From Acidimicrobiales bacterium (lineage in GTDB: Bacteria; Actinomycetota; Acidimicrobiia; Acidimicrobiales; SZUA-35): a stretch of DNA of 64,000 nt. The notes under the pieces are model-generated. The model saw nothing but the letters and a program-made list of their open reading frames with translations. It was not told where the DNA came from and did no database searches. The translations under genes were made by a program, and so were the position numbers. The stretch spans positions 19,180 to 83,179 of the forward strand of contig JBBKXQ010000020.1 of assembly GCA_037969565.1 (NCBI GenBank), given 5' to 3'. Below, in pieces: positions 1 through 10,061 of this stretch. Position 1 is the stretch's first letter, and the number at the start of each line of letters is the position of its first letter.

Positions 1-204
1 CTCGGCCCGCTCTCTCGCTGCGGTGTCGAGTTCGGTTCGAATACGTTCCGTGCGACCGGTGACCAGGCCCTTGATGGCAGGCCCGGCTTTCCAGGTGACC
101 AGGCCGAGCAGCACGAAGAATGCGAGCGAACCCCAGTAGACCTCGTTGATGTCGCCGGCCAGCTGGTAGCCGTTCGGTGCTTCGCTGGCGAAGATGGAGA
201 GCAT
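1..204 (-). CDS. ATP synthase b-like subunit, N-terminal part (second b or b-delta fusion); gene runs off the window start
   Basis: ATG at 204, 8 nt downstream of the atpF stop. The translation MLSIFASEAPNGYQLAGDINEVYWGSLAFFVLLGLVTWKAGPAIKGL... gives one TM helix then a b-stalk-like start. Position in the atp operon fits. Confidence 0.6.
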   Translation of the reverse strand, partial: MLSIFASEAPNGYQLAGDINEVYWGSLAFFVLLGLVTWKAGPAIKGLVTGRTERIRTELDTAARERAE

Positions 205-212
205 CTCAGGCC

Positions 213-740
213 TCAGTTCGGGTTCTGGAGGAAACGGTCGACAACGGGCTGAGCATCGCTCAGTGAAATCTGACGATTCATGACGCGAGACGCAGCGTCG
301 GCTGCGAGCTCTGCGACCTGAGGCCTCGCGCCTGCCAGTGCTGCTGCCCGGGCGTTGGCGAGTTCATCAGCGGCGGCGGCACGAATGGCGGCCGCCTCGG
401 CTTCGGCTCCGGCGATGATGGCAGCCCGCTCAGATTCAGCCTCGGTGCGGGCCGAGTCGACGATCTGCGCCGCTTCTGCTCTGACACCGACGAGTTGATC
501 CTGCACTTCGCTGGCCGCAGATCCCGCACGCGACCGAGCGACTTCTGCCGCATCGAGATCGCCACGAACCTGGGCCGCACGGGCGTCCATGGTTGCCTTG
601 ACCGGAGGAAGCAAGACGAACTTCACGAGAAGGAACAGTGACGCGAAGGCCACCACTCCCCAGAAGAACTCGTTGGCAACCGGAAGAATCGGGTTGCTTG
701 CCTCTTCGGCTTCTTCGGTAAATCGCAGTAACGCGAGCAC
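213..740 (-). CDS. atpF: F0F1 ATP synthase subunit b
   Basis: 175 aa. N-terminal TM helix (FFWGVVAFASLFLLVKFVLL) followed by a long Ala/Glu/Arg-rich helix. Lies directly after atpE. Confidence 0.9.
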   Translation of the reverse strand: MLALLRFTEEAEEASNPILPVANEFFWGVVAFASLFLLVKFVLLPPVKATMDARAAQVRGDLDAAEVARSRAGSAASEVQDQLVGVRAEAAQIVDSARTEAESERAAIIAGAEAEAAAIRAAAADELANARAAALAGARPQVAELAADAASRVMNRQISLSDAQPVVDRFLQNPN

Positions 741-744
741 GAAA

Positions 745-1134
<390 letters not shown>

Positions 1135-1189
1135 CTACAGGGTGATGCGATTACTTCAATGTGCTGCGATTACTGCGCTGATTCGAGAA

Positions 1190-1948
1190 TCAGTGATGGG
1201 GGTTCAACGAAAGTGAGATGTAGACGGCGGTGAGTAGGGCGAAGACGAACGCCTGGATCAACGACACCATGATCTCGAAACCGGTGAGGCCCACGAGGGT
1301 GGCAAAGCTCAACGGGAGCACGGCGATGAGCGCCGACTTCTGCCAGAGAGAGATGCAGAGCACACCAAAGGTCACCAGCAGAATGTGGCCGGCGAGCATG
1401 TTGGCGAAAAGACGAACGGCAAGCCCGAAGGGGCGCAGCAGGAACGTCGACAGGAACTCGATCGGAGTGACCAGGACGTAGAGCGCTGTGGGAACTCCGG
1501 GTGGGAAGAGCGACGACTTCATGAACCCGCCGAAGCCCTGCGACTTGATTCCGACACCGATGAACGTGGCCCACGCAATGAGCGCCAACATGATCGGGTT
1601 TGCCATTCGGGCATTCGCCGGCATCTGGAACGTTGGGATGACTTCGAAGATGTTGCCGAAGAAGACGAAGAGAAAGATGCTGAGAAGGAGCGGCAGGTAT
1701 TTCATGCCTTCGGGGCCGATGGCCGACATGATGACCTGCTTCTCGACGAACTCGACGACACTCTCGACGATGTTCTGAAGTCCCTTGGGTACGAGGTCCT
1801 TCTTGGCCAGGAGGAAGGCGATGGTCGGGATCAGCATGGCCAGCATGCTGATCAGGCCGATCTTGTTGAACCCAAAGATCGTGCCATCACCGAAGTAGTT
1901 CGGCCACTTCACGAGATTGTCGATTGGGGGGAACTCGAGCGCGAGCAC
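1190..1948 (-). CDS. atpB: F0F1 ATP synthase subunit a
   Basis: 252-aa polytopic protein with the a-subunit motif LAVRLFANMLAGH. GTG start with GAAGGAG 9 nt upstream. Confidence 0.92.
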   Translation of the reverse strand: MLALEFPPIDNLVKWPNYFGDGTIFGFNKIGLISMLAMLIPTIAFLLAKKDLVPKGLQNIVESVVEFVEKQVIMSAIGPEGMKYLPLLLSIFLFVFFGNIFEVIPTFQMPANARMANPIMLALIAWATFIGVGIKSQGFGGFMKSSLFPPGVPTALYVLVTPIEFLSTFLLRPFGLAVRLFANMLAGHILLVTFGVLCISLWQKSALIAVLPLSFATLVGLTGFEIMVSLIQAFVFALLTAVYISLSLNPHH

Positions 1949-2008
1949 TTGAGCGGACTCCTTCAGTCGGGTGGCGACGGACCGGAGTCCGCAACCGAAT
2001 GCCAGAAC

Positions 2009-2485
2009 TTAACGAGATGAGCGGCGGCCCGCAGCCACAGGGCGCGGGCCTTTCTTGGAAATTGCAGGTTTCAGACCAGGGTGGGCCATCGAAGCCGAGA
2101 CATGCCGCATCTCCCACAGCAGCAAGCCGAGGTGGGTGACGATGATGGTTATGCCCAGAGGGACCATAGCGACCCAAGACTGATCCTTCACCAGCCACAC
2201 GGCAAGGAAGATCAATCCGAGCCGCATCACATAGCCGCCGAGGGCAACCGAGGCCACCATCGCAAACGAAATCTTGGAGGCCCAACTGAGGAGAGCAGCC
2301 GACAACAGGAGGTTGGCCAGAACCAGCGTCATCCCGAAGGCGACCGACAACGCACCGTCCAATTCGGCGAAGATCGCGCCGACGACCATGGCCAAGGGCA
2401 GGACGGGGAGTCCCCGTTTCACCATGTCGATCGCAACTTCTGCGGCCGGCGATGGCCCGGCAAGCGCCTGGGGAGCCACGGTCAT
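2009..2485 (-). CDS. atpI: ATP synthase protein I-like membrane protein
   Basis: 158-aa hydrophobic protein immediately upstream of atpB. ATG 2485 forms an ATGA overlap with the upstream gene stop. The track ORF N-extension to 2674 was rejected. Confidence 0.6.
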   Translation of the reverse strand: MTVAPQALAGPSPAAEVAIDMVKRGLPVLPLAMVVGAIFAELDGALSVAFGMTLVLANLLLSAALLSWASKISFAMVASVALGGYVMRLGLIFLAVWLVKDQSWVAMVPLGITIIVTHLGLLLWEMRHVSASMAHPGLKPAISKKGPRPVAAGRRSSR

Positions 2486-2826
2486 GAGCCGGACACCGAC
2501 GATCGGCCCGAGATGCCGCGAGTTCGATTTTGCTCGGCCGCAACGCGCATGGCGTGCGCCTCGGCTTGGAGTTCGGCGATTTGGTTTCGATAGCGGTAAT
2601 AGATCGAGATGGCCGACCCGGCGACTCCGAGCAGGGTGAAGATCAACATGAACACGGGAGTCGTGCCGAGCCATCGGTCGATGAAGAATCCACCGAGTCC
2701 GAGAACGACGCCGCTGAGGACGAGGTCGTAGGAACCGGTGGTTTCACCGAGCTTCCGAGTGACTCCTGCAACGCCGGGAGACGAATCGTCGGTGTCCTCA
2801 GATGTCGTGGGGAACTCGGCGCTCAA
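2482..2826 (-). CDS. AtpZ/AtpR-type small membrane protein (putative F0F1-ATPase-associated subunit)
   Basis: Two TM helices with the LGLGGFFIDRWLGTTPVFMLIFTLLGVAGS pattern typical of the ATPase_gene1 family. First gene of the atp operon. TTG start is uncertain. Confidence 0.55.
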   Translation of the reverse strand: MSAEFPTTSEDTDDSSPGVAGVTRKLGETTGSYDLVLSGVVLGLGGFFIDRWLGTTPVFMLIFTLLGVAGSAISIYYRYRNQIAELQAEAHAMRVAAEQNRTRGISGRSSVSGS

Positions 2827-2944
2827 GTTTCAAGTCTTTCAGGCGAATTCCGGGCTGCCCTGCCCGGCGGCGCCAAACGATATTCAGGCTGCACCGCTGT
2901 CGCAACCCGCCAGACGACAAGGCGACAGATCGAGAGGCTGAAAA

Positions 2945-4204
2945 TCAGCGAGGAACCTCGCCTTGGGTCCGGACGCGGCGAGCCTCGATTTCGGAATTGC
3001 GGCGTTCGGCGGCGGCCGCTCGCGCCGAGTCGATGTGGGTGACGCCCTCGGCTGTGGGTCCGATGAATACTGCGTGATTCGACTCGCCGTCGGTGGGGCG
3101 GACCGGACGGAACGCCGAGAACAGGAGCAACCCCAGGGCCGCCACGCCGAAGGGAACGAATGCGTCGCCTTGTTGGTCGTTGTAGACGGGCCACAGCACG
3201 AATCCCGACAACAACGCGGTCCAAGCCCACAGGATCGCCACGCTGCGGCGGTGACCGTGGCCGAGCCTCATCAGATGGTGGTGGAGGTGGCCCTTGTCGG
3301 CGGTGGCCACACCTTGTCGTTTGAGGGTGCGGCGAATGATCGCAAAGGCGGTGTCGAAAATGGGCACGCCGAGAATGAAGATCGGAATGACCAGCGGGGC
3401 GTAGAAGAAGAAGGTCTGACCACTGAACGGGTCGTCGACTCGACCTCCGACCGACACGGTGCTCGCCGCCATCAGGGCGCCGAGCAACAACGCCCCGCCG
3501 TCGCCCATGAAGATCTTGGCGGGATTGAAATTCCACGGGAGGAAACCGGCGCAAATACCGACGACGATGGCGGCGACGAGGGGGCCGATGTTCGATGATT
3601 GCAGGAGGTCGAGTTCGGTGAGTTTCAGAACGTAGAAGAAAAATGCCAGAGCCGCGATTCCCATGATTCCCGCCGCCAGACCATCGAGACCATCGATGAA
3701 ATTCACCGCATTCGCCATCCCGAGAACCCAGATGACCGTGATCAGATAGCTCATGTCGAGCGGAAGAATGAAGACCGAAGAGAACGGCACTCGGAACTGG
3801 ATGATGCTGACACCGCCGATCACGAGCACGCTGGCGGCGAGCACGAGCCCGGCGATCTTCGCCGGCGCCGAGATCTCTTTCACGTCGTCGATCACACCCA
3901 CCAGGTAGGCCAGCGTGGCGCACAACACGATGCCGAGCGCCTCGGTCGAGCCGACGAACACCGACTCGAACCAACCCGAGATCCACGCCGTGCCCATCGC
4001 AACCATGAACCCGGCGTACATGGCGCCTCCACCGAGAGTGGGGGTGGGCCGCTCGTGGGCGCGACGCTCATCCGGCTCGACGACATGCCCGCCGGCCACG
4101 GCAAGCATCCGGAAGATCGGCACGGCAAGAATCGTGACGCCGAAGGCAATAGCCGAGATCGTCACATAGGACGAGAAAGACGGCACGAGGCCGAAGACGG
4201 TCAC
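2945..4204 (-). CDS. wecA: undecaprenyl-phosphate GlcNAc-1-phosphate transferase (MraY/WecA family, Rfe-like)
   Basis: 419-aa polytopic protein with NAVNFIDGLDGLAAG and FMGDGGALLLG motifs. Sits just upstream of the atp operon, as rfe does in mycobacteria. GTG start. Confidence 0.85.
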   Translation of the reverse strand: MTVFGLVPSFSSYVTISAIAFGVTILAVPIFRMLAVAGGHVVEPDERRAHERPTPTLGGGAMYAGFMVAMGTAWISGWFESVFVGSTEALGIVLCATLAYLVGVIDDVKEISAPAKIAGLVLAASVLVIGGVSIIQFRVPFSSVFILPLDMSYLITVIWVLGMANAVNFIDGLDGLAAGIMGIAALAFFFYVLKLTELDLLQSSNIGPLVAAIVVGICAGFLPWNFNPAKIFMGDGGALLLGALMAASTVSVGGRVDDPFSGQTFFFYAPLVIPIFILGVPIFDTAFAIIRRTLKRQGVATADKGHLHHHLMRLGHGHRRSVAILWAWTALLSGFVLWPVYNDQQGDAFVPFGVAALGLLLFSAFRPVRPTDGESNHAVFIGPTAEGVTHIDSARAAAAERRNSEIEARRVRTQGEVPR

Positions 4205-4308
4205 AGCATGACGCTAGCCGCTGGACGGGCCATGCCCGTAGCCGCTTTGGATCGACTACTGATTTTGGTCCGGGCCCGGGTTGCGGTTGGTGGCTCAGCC
4301 GTTCTGGA

Positions 4309-5556
4309 TCAGAGGTTTGGATACGGAGCGAACGGAGCGCAGAGCGCCCGGACTTCTTCTCTGATCGACTTGATGACGTCGGTGTCGGACCGGTCACGAA
4401 GGGTCCGGGCGATGAGTTGTCCGATGGTGGCCATCTCGGCTTCTTTCATGCCTTGGGTGGTGACGGCCGGTGTGCCGATGCGAATTCCCGAGGTGACGAA
4501 CGGCGAACGCGGGTCGCCCGGGATCGAGTTGCGGTTGAGCGTGATCCCCGCTTCGTCGAGAACCGTCTGTGCCTCCTTGCCGGTGAGTTCGGCGTCGAAC
4601 GACTGGAGGTCGACCAACAGGAGGTGGTTGTCGGTGCCGCCGGTGACCAATCGGAATCCTTCGGCCGCGAGCTGCTTGGCGAGGGCATGGCCGTTGGTGA
4701 CGATCTGGGCCGCATATTCTTTGAACTCGTCGGTGGCAGCCTCGGCGAAGGCAATCGCTTTCGCTGCAATCGCGTGTTCCTGTGGGCCTCCTTGCTGACC
4801 GGGGAACACGGCCTTGTCGACGGCTTTCGCCAGCGCTTCGGTGCTGAGAATGCAGCCACCGCGAGGACCCCGCAGGGTCTTGTGGGTGGTGAAGGTGACG
4901 ATGTCGCTCAACGGCATCGGATTGTCGTAGACACCGCCGGCGATGAGCCCGGCAACGTGGGCGGCGTCGAACATCAGCAACGCCCCGACCTGGTCGGCGA
5001 TCGCACGGAAGGGGGCGGCGTCGATGTTGCGGGGATACGCGGTGGCACCGGTGACGATCAGCTTCGGACGATGTTCCTTTGCCAACGACTCGACCTGGTC
5101 CATGTCGATTCGTTCGTCACTGCCACTCAATTCGTAGCCAATGAAGTTGTAGGTGAGCCCTGACGCATTCACGGGCGAGCCGTGAGTGAGATGGCCACCG
5201 TGGTCGAGGCTCAAACCGAGGACGGTGTCGCCTGGCTCGAGGAGGGCCTGGTAGACCGCCATGTTGGCGTTGGCGCCCGAATGAGGCTGCACGTTCGCAT
5301 GGTCGGCGCCAAAGAGCTCGCAGACGCGGTCGATGGCCAGTTGCTCGACGTGGTCGACGATTTGATTTCCGCCGTAGTAGCGGCGGCCGGGATATCCCTC
5401 GGAATACTTGTTGGTGAACACCGATCCCGTGGCCTTCATCACGGCAGGCGACGCAAAGTTCTCCGATGCGATCAACTGGAGGGAGGTGTTCTGTCGTTCC
5501 ACCTCTTGCGCCGTGAGGGCGTGAACTGCATCGTCTGCGATGACGGGCCAAGACAT
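4309..5556 (-). CDS. glyA: serine hydroxymethyltransferase
   Basis: [36 protein letters not shown] and the PLP-Lys motif [17 protein letters not shown] 5556 with GGAGG 7 nt upstream. Track extension to 5646 rejected. Confidence 0.95.
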   Translation of the reverse strand: MSWPVIADDAVHALTAQEVERQNTSLQLIASENFASPAVMKATGSVFTNKYSEGYPGRRYYGGNQIVDHVEQLAIDRVCELFGADHANVQPHSGANANMAVYQALLEPGDTVLGLSLDHGGHLTHGSPVNASGLTYNFIGYELSGSDERIDMDQVESLAKEHRPKLIVTGATAYPRNIDAAPFRAIADQVGALLMFDAAHVAGLIAGGVYDNPMPLSDIVTFTTHKTLRGPRGGCILSTEALAKAVDKAVFPGQQGGPQEHAIAAKAIAFAEAATDEFKEYAAQIVTNGHALAKQLAAEGFRLVTGGTDNHLLLVDLQSFDAELTGKEAQTVLDEAGITLNRNSIPGDPRSPFVTSGIRIGTPAVTTQGMKEAEMATIGQLIARTLRDRSDTDVIKSIREEVRALCAPFAPYPNL

Positions 5557-5703
5557 TGAAAGACCTCCGAGAAGGGGAAGAGATGTCGCACCAGAACACC
5601 TGGGTACGAGCCGACCGCCGCACGATAACGGCCGGGCCGGTTCCATTCACTCGTTCGGGAACCGTGAAAAGGTGGAAACCTGGGGCGTGACCGCCTGGGT
5701 TCG

Positions 5704-6141
5704 CTACTGATCCAAGTCGTTGATCTTCTGCACCCGGCGGGCGTGTCGACCGCCCTCGAATTCGGTGGCGAGGAAGGCGTCAACGGCGTCGACGGCCACC
5801 TGCGGACCAGTGAAACGCTCACCGAGACAGACCACGTTGGCATCGTTGTGGAGTCGGGAGAGTCGAGCCGAGGTGACGTCGTGCACAGTTGCACCACGGA
5901 TGCCGGGAATCTTGTTGGCGGCGATACAGATGCCGATACCACTGCCGCAGATACCGATGCCACGCTCGGCATCACCGGAAGCGACCGACCGGCCGAGGGC
6001 AGCGCCGAAGTCGGGATAATCGACCGAGTCGGTGTTGTCGGTTCCGAGATCGATGACCTCGTGACCGGCAGATCGCAGATGCTCGGCCAGCGCGACCTTC
6101 ATGTGGAACCCGCCGTGATCGGAGGCGACCGCGATCTTCAT
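5704..6141 (-). CDS. rpiB: ribose-5-phosphate isomerase B
   Basis: MKIAVASDHGGF...GICGSGIGICIAANK...RpiB/LacAB family, 145 aa. The start overlaps the upstream stop by 1 nt. Confidence 0.92.
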   Translation of the reverse strand: MKIAVASDHGGFHMKVALAEHLRSAGHEVIDLGTDNTDSVDYPDFGAALGRSVASGDAERGIGICGSGIGICIAANKIPGIRGATVHDVTSARLSRLHNDANVVCLGERFTGPQVAVDAVDAFLATEFEGGRHARRVQKINDLDQ

Positions 6142-6572
6142 CAGGATTCTCGTCGGGCCTGATTGTCGGCGATGCGTTTGGTGAGCAATGCCATCACGCG
6201 CTCTTTCGCCGTTGGGTTCGCCTCGAGGAGAGACTGGAACTCTTTGACGTTGAAGGAGACGAGGGCCATGTCGGACTCGGCGATCACCGAAGCCGAGCGC
6301 GGACGATGCTCGAGAATCGACATCTCGCCGATCATCGAGCCACTGCCGACGGAGGTGATGTATTCACCGTTCATGATGACCTTGGCCGATCCCTCGACGA
6401 TCACATAACAGTGATCGCCGTAGCGTCCTTGATCGGTGAGTTCGGCCCCCGCCTCGGCGTCGACCCGATGACCGAGTTCAGCCACCTTCTCGAGCTGATC
6501 GTCGGAGAATCCCTCGAAGAGGGACACACCGGACAACCAACCGGTGTCGAGCTTGTTGTTACGACCGAACAT
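6141..6572 (-). CDS. stand-alone cyclic-nucleotide-binding (CNB) domain protein
   Basis: 143 aa, a single cNMP-binding fold (FEGFSDDQL...GSMIGEMSILEHRPRSASVIAESD) with no output domain. Confidence 0.8.
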   Translation of the reverse strand: MFGRNNKLDTGWLSGVSLFEGFSDDQLEKVAELGHRVDAEAGAELTDQGRYGDHCYVIVEGSAKVIMNGEYITSVGSGSMIGEMSILEHRPRSASVIAESDMALVSFNVKEFQSLLEANPTAKERVMALLTKRIADNQARRES

Positions 6573-6658
6573 TCTTGATTCTCCTCCGCCGTCCCGGTGA
6601 ACAGCGAAGGCGATGTTATCGGCCAGGAGCGCATCGGTCAGCCCGAACGGATCGGCGA

Positions 6659-7561
6659 TCAGGGCCGAAGGGGTTTGCGAGCGATCACCGACCGAGCTCG
6701 GCCCGAGAGATCAGCCTCGATTTCGACCTCAGCGAAGCGTCGGCGGGCGAGGTCGGCGATCGGTTCGGTCTGCCAGGGCGCCATCTCCAGCACGAGGGCG
6801 CCGTCATGTCGTAGCCAACGCCCGGATTCGATGACGAGATGTTCGAGGTCTTCGGTGCCCGTTGGACCGGAAAACAACGCGCCGGCCGGTTCCCAACGCT
6901 TCACGCCGTCGGCGAGCGGCTCGGAATCAGCGATGTACGGGGGGTTGCTGACGATGACCGCGATCGTTGTTTCCAAGTCTGACGGGACCGGTTGGAACCA
7001 CGCCCCGAGCGCGGTCCGAATCTTGGAGCCGGCCCGACCGAGTCCGGCGATGTTGGCGCGAGCAACGGTCAACGCATCATCGGACACATCCGTGAGCCAG
7101 ACCTCGACATTCGGAACTTCGACCGCAATCGACAGGCCGATCGCTCCGCTCCCGGTGCCGAGGTCGAGCACCGTGAGCGGAGAGGCGACCCCCTTCATCC
7201 TCCGGAGCTCGGCGATGGCGAGGCCGGCCACGATCTCGGTTTCGGGTCGGGGGATCAACACCCGCTGATCGATGAACAGATCCAGCGTTCGGAAACCCCA
7301 GCTACCGACGACATATTGAATCGGCTCGCCTCCGAGGCGTCGAGCGACTCGCTCGTCGAACGACGCCACACCCCGAATGGTTGCCAACTGACCGAGGCCC
7401 AACGCGAACTCGGCGCCCTCGTAGCCCGAACACTCCTCCACGATTCGACGTGCGCTGGTCTCGGGCTCGTCGACGCCGGCACCGGCGAATCGAGCCACTG
7501 CCTCGTCGTAGAGTTCCCGCCAACTCACCGTGCCATCGGTGTCGCTGCTCACGTCGTTCAA
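6659..7561 (-). CDS. prmC: release-factor glutamine N5-methyltransferase
   Basis: NPPY motif (VSNPPYI) and SAM motif LDLGTGSGAIG. Start is TTG 7561 (TTGA overlap with the prfA stop) or GTG 7552. The track ORF to 8218 is an artefactual extension over prfA. Confidence 0.88.
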   Translation of the reverse strand: MNDVSSDTDGTVSWRELYDEAVARFAGAGVDEPETSARRIVEECSGYEGAEFALGLGQLATIRGVASFDERVARRLGGEPIQYVVGSWGFRTLDLFIDQRVLIPRPETEIVAGLAIAELRRMKGVASPLTVLDLGTGSGAIGLSIAVEVPNVEVWLTDVSDDALTVARANIAGLGRAGSKIRTALGAWFQPVPSDLETTIAVIVSNPPYIADSEPLADGVKRWEPAGALFSGPTGTEDLEHLVIESGRWLRHDGALVLEMAPWQTEPIADLARRRFAEVEIEADLSGRARSVIARKPLRP

Positions 7562-8640
7562 TCGCCGTCGACGACTTCGATCGCCGCCTGGAGTTGCTTC
7601 GTGCGCTCGTCTTGTACCAACGCGTCGCTGATCTCGTCGAGCTCGCCTTGGAGAACCTTGTCGAGTTTGTAGACGGTGAAACCGATGCGATGGTCGGTCA
7701 CTCGGTTTTCCTTGAAGTTGTAGGTGCGAATCTTCTCGGACCGACCTCCGCCACCAACCTGGTCTTTGCGGGTGGCCGAGCCCTCGGCCCGCACTCGTTC
7801 CTGTTCGGCCTGGAGCAGCCGGGAACGAAGCACCACCATGGCCCGGGCTCGGTTTTGCAGCTGACTCTTCTCGTCTTGCATCGAAACCACGACTCCGGTC
7901 GGCCGATGGACGATGCGGACTGCGGAATCGGTGGTGTTGACGTGCTGACCACCGGCGCCGGATGATCGGAACGTGTCGATCTGAAGATCGTTGGGGTCGA
8001 TCTCGATGTCGACCTCCTCGGCTTCGGGCAGCACGGTGACAGTGGCCGACGACGTGTGGACTCGCCCCTGGGATTCGGTGACCGGCACTCGTTGAACTCG
8101 GTGTGGCCCCGCTTCGAACTTCATCCTCGTCCAAACGCGGTCGCCTTTGAGCATGAAGGTGACGTCGCTGAGCCCTCCGAGATCCGACGGCTGGGAAGCC
8201 ATGAGATCCATCTTCCATCCTTGTCGCTGAGCAAAACCCTGGAACATGTCGAACAGATCGCGAGCGAAGAGGTTCGCCTCTTCGCCCCCCTCGGCGCCCC
8301 GGATTTCGATGATGACGTTGCGATCGTCGTTCGGATCCTTCGGGAGGAGCAGGAGTCGCATCTCCTGTTCGGTCCGTTCGACGCCTGCTTCGGCCTCGGC
8401 GACGAGCGCTCGCAGCGGTTCCCGCTCGGAGCCATCAGCGTCGGCCAGAAGCATCTTGGAGAGTTCGACATCATCGATGTGACCCCGAAGTCGGGATCCG
8501 ACCTCGACGATCTCGCCGAGTTCGCTGTAGCGACGCATCGTCTCGACGTAGCGCTTGTTGTCGGCGACCAACTCGGGGTCGCCGAGACGAGACTCGATTT
8601 CCGCGTGTTCTCGCTCGAATGCGGTCAACCGATCCAACAT
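7558..8640 (-). CDS. prfA: peptide chain release factor 1
   Basis: 360 aa, GGQ motif (SGAGGQHVNTTDSAVR) and the RF1-type P-V-T tripeptide. Confidence 0.97.
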   Translation of the reverse strand: MLDRLTAFEREHAEIESRLGDPELVADNKRYVETMRRYSELGEIVEVGSRLRGHIDDVELSKMLLADADGSEREPLRALVAEAEAGVERTEQEMRLLLLPKDPNDDRNVIIEIRGAEGGEEANLFARDLFDMFQGFAQRQGWKMDLMASQPSDLGGLSDVTFMLKGDRVWTRMKFEAGPHRVQRVPVTESQGRVHTSSATVTVLPEAEEVDIEIDPNDLQIDTFRSSGAGGQHVNTTDSAVRIVHRPTGVVVSMQDEKSQLQNRARAMVVLRSRLLQAEQERVRAEGSATRKDQVGGGGRSEKIRTYNFKENRVTDHRIGFTVYKLDKVLQGELDEISDALVQDERTKQLQAAIEVVDGD

Positions 8641-8716
8641 CGAACCGAGGCTACTGCCCCCACCCGAGCTTCTCGGCCTTCCCCGGGTGTGTGGGTGTGA
8701 TGTTGAGGAGTCGCGC

Positions 8717-9697
8717 TCAAGCCCAGGGAACGGGGATGCTCCTCAGCGAACAGTTCGGCAGCTTCGCAGCCAGTTTCTCGGTGACCGCGTAACGATCCCG
8801 TTCGGGGACGATCACGACGAGCGTTGCCGCGGGGTCGTGTCGATCCCGATAGTCGGCGGCTTCGGGGATCAGGTCGGGATCCACACCAACCGAACACACG
8901 ACGACAATCGGCTCACCCTCGGGCGTTCTGCCTGCTGCCGCGCTCGGCACGTTGCCGAGAACCGTTTCTCGGGGCCGGAGCGGAGGAAGGGCAACGAGAT
9001 CTTCGGCCCCGACCAAACTCGGGGTGTCGAGAAGAAGACTCCGAAGCCACCGTTCCCGGGCCATTCGGTTCAGTGGATGCATCGGAGCCCCCGGTCGGCG
9101 ATGCTCGAGCACGGCCGTCCTCGCCCGCCGGATCGCCGTGTCGGGGTCCATTTGATAGTGAACGAGTCCGTGCAGTTCGCGATCGGCCTGACCGACCCCG
9201 ACATCGATATCCGCACCCTCGTCGCCCCGCGTGACCCTGGCGATCTCGAGGCCCGCAACTTCGGCGACAAGCCGACCGTGGTCGTCAACGGGTCGGGCGC
9301 CGGTGTCGGAAATGAGACCGCCGAATGCCCACTCATCGTCGCCGAGGGTCGGAAGGGCCAAATGCGGAGCTGGCTCCGCTGCGACCAGTTCGGTATCGAC
9401 CACCTGAAAGACATTGCACCGGAGTGGACCCTGAAACAGGCCTGCTCGTCGGGCGAGATGCCCGGCGTCGGTGTCGGCCAACAAGTTGAGCTCGGTGGCC
9501 TTCACCCGATCGGCCCAGATCATGGCCGGACCGAGCATTCGTATCGGCTCATCACCGGCGGCGTAGAAGTAGCCCGCACCCGACGCCAAAAGGCCCCCGG
9601 CAATACCGGGAGCCTGTTGTCCGATCAGTTCTTCTCCGGTGTGGACCCGAACCAGGCCCTGCAGTTTTGCCGCACGGAGACGGCCGACGTCAACCAC
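8717..9697 (-). CDS. hypothetical protein (326 aa) between rpmE and prfA
   Basis: Long ORF co-directional with its neighbours and tightly spaced (45 nt after rpmE, 76 nt before prfA). GTG start. I recognise no family motif. Confidence 0.6.
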   Translation of the reverse strand: MVDVGRLRAAKLQGLVRVHTGEELIGQQAPGIAGGLLASGAGYFYAAGDEPIRMLGPAMIWADRVKATELNLLADTDAGHLARRAGLFQGPLRCNVFQVVDTELVAAEPAPHLALPTLGDDEWAFGGLISDTGARPVDDHGRLVAEVAGLEIARVTRGDEGADIDVGVGQADRELHGLVHYQMDPDTAIRRARTAVLEHRRPGAPMHPLNRMARERWLRSLLLDTPSLVGAEDLVALPPLRPRETVLGNVPSAAAGRTPEGEPIVVVCSVGVDPDLIPEAADYRDRHDPAATLVVIVPERDRYAVTEKLAAKLPNCSLRSIPVPWA

Positions 9698-9742
9698 CAG
9701 AAATCAATCGGAGGTGGCAGTCAACGAGCCGGGCGCGAGCGA

Positions 9743-10021
9743 TCAGGCCTCGTCGGTCTCGGCTGACGCTGCGCCCTTGCGTCGACCGAAGCGACGTTCG
9801 AAGCGCTCGACACGACCTGCGGTGTCGATGATCTTCATTTGACCGGTGAAGAAGGGGTGGCTCTCCGCAGAGATTTCCACCTTGTAGAGGGGATAGGTGT
9901 TGCCATCCTCCCACTCGACAGTTTCGTTGGTCTGGATGGTGGACTTCGTCAGAAACGAGAAGTCGGCGCTCTGGTCGAGAAAGACCACAGGGCGGTAAGT
10001 CGGGTGGATGTCAGCCTTCAT
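9743..10021 (-). CDS. rpmE: 50S ribosomal protein L31, type B (Cys-less form)
   Basis: [28 protein letters not shown]...HPFFTG... lacks the CxxC...CxxC zinc ribbon of type A. Confidence 0.9.
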   Translation of the reverse strand: MKADIHPTYRPVVFLDQSADFSFLTKSTIQTNETVEWEDGNTYPLYKVEISAESHPFFTGQMKIIDTAGRVERFERRFGRRKGAASAETDEA

Positions 10022-10061
10022 AGTTTCTCCAGTGTGGCGGTGTTGTCACGGGCCTGAAACC

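Noticed and set aside
5671-5703. ZTP (pfl)-riboswitch-like strings GGUGGAAACC...GGGGCGUGACCGCCUGGG between rpiB and glyA.
   Set aside because: The resemblance is on the plus strand, whereas glyA (the plausible regulated gene) is on the minus strand and nothing is encoded downstream on plus. The GACUGGCG element is also absent. Treated as coincidence.
6659-8218. 519-aa track ORF that would extend prmC across most of prfA. Comparable N-terminal over-extensions occur for glyA (to 5646), hom (to 15500), cobA, sirC, cysH, the acyl-CoA dehydrogenase, UDG and the 36691-38010 and 38758-40779 ORFs.
   Set aside because: Homology begins at internal start codons that sit at 4-nt stop/start overlaps or after SD-like sequences. 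The extensions overlap well-supported upstream genes.
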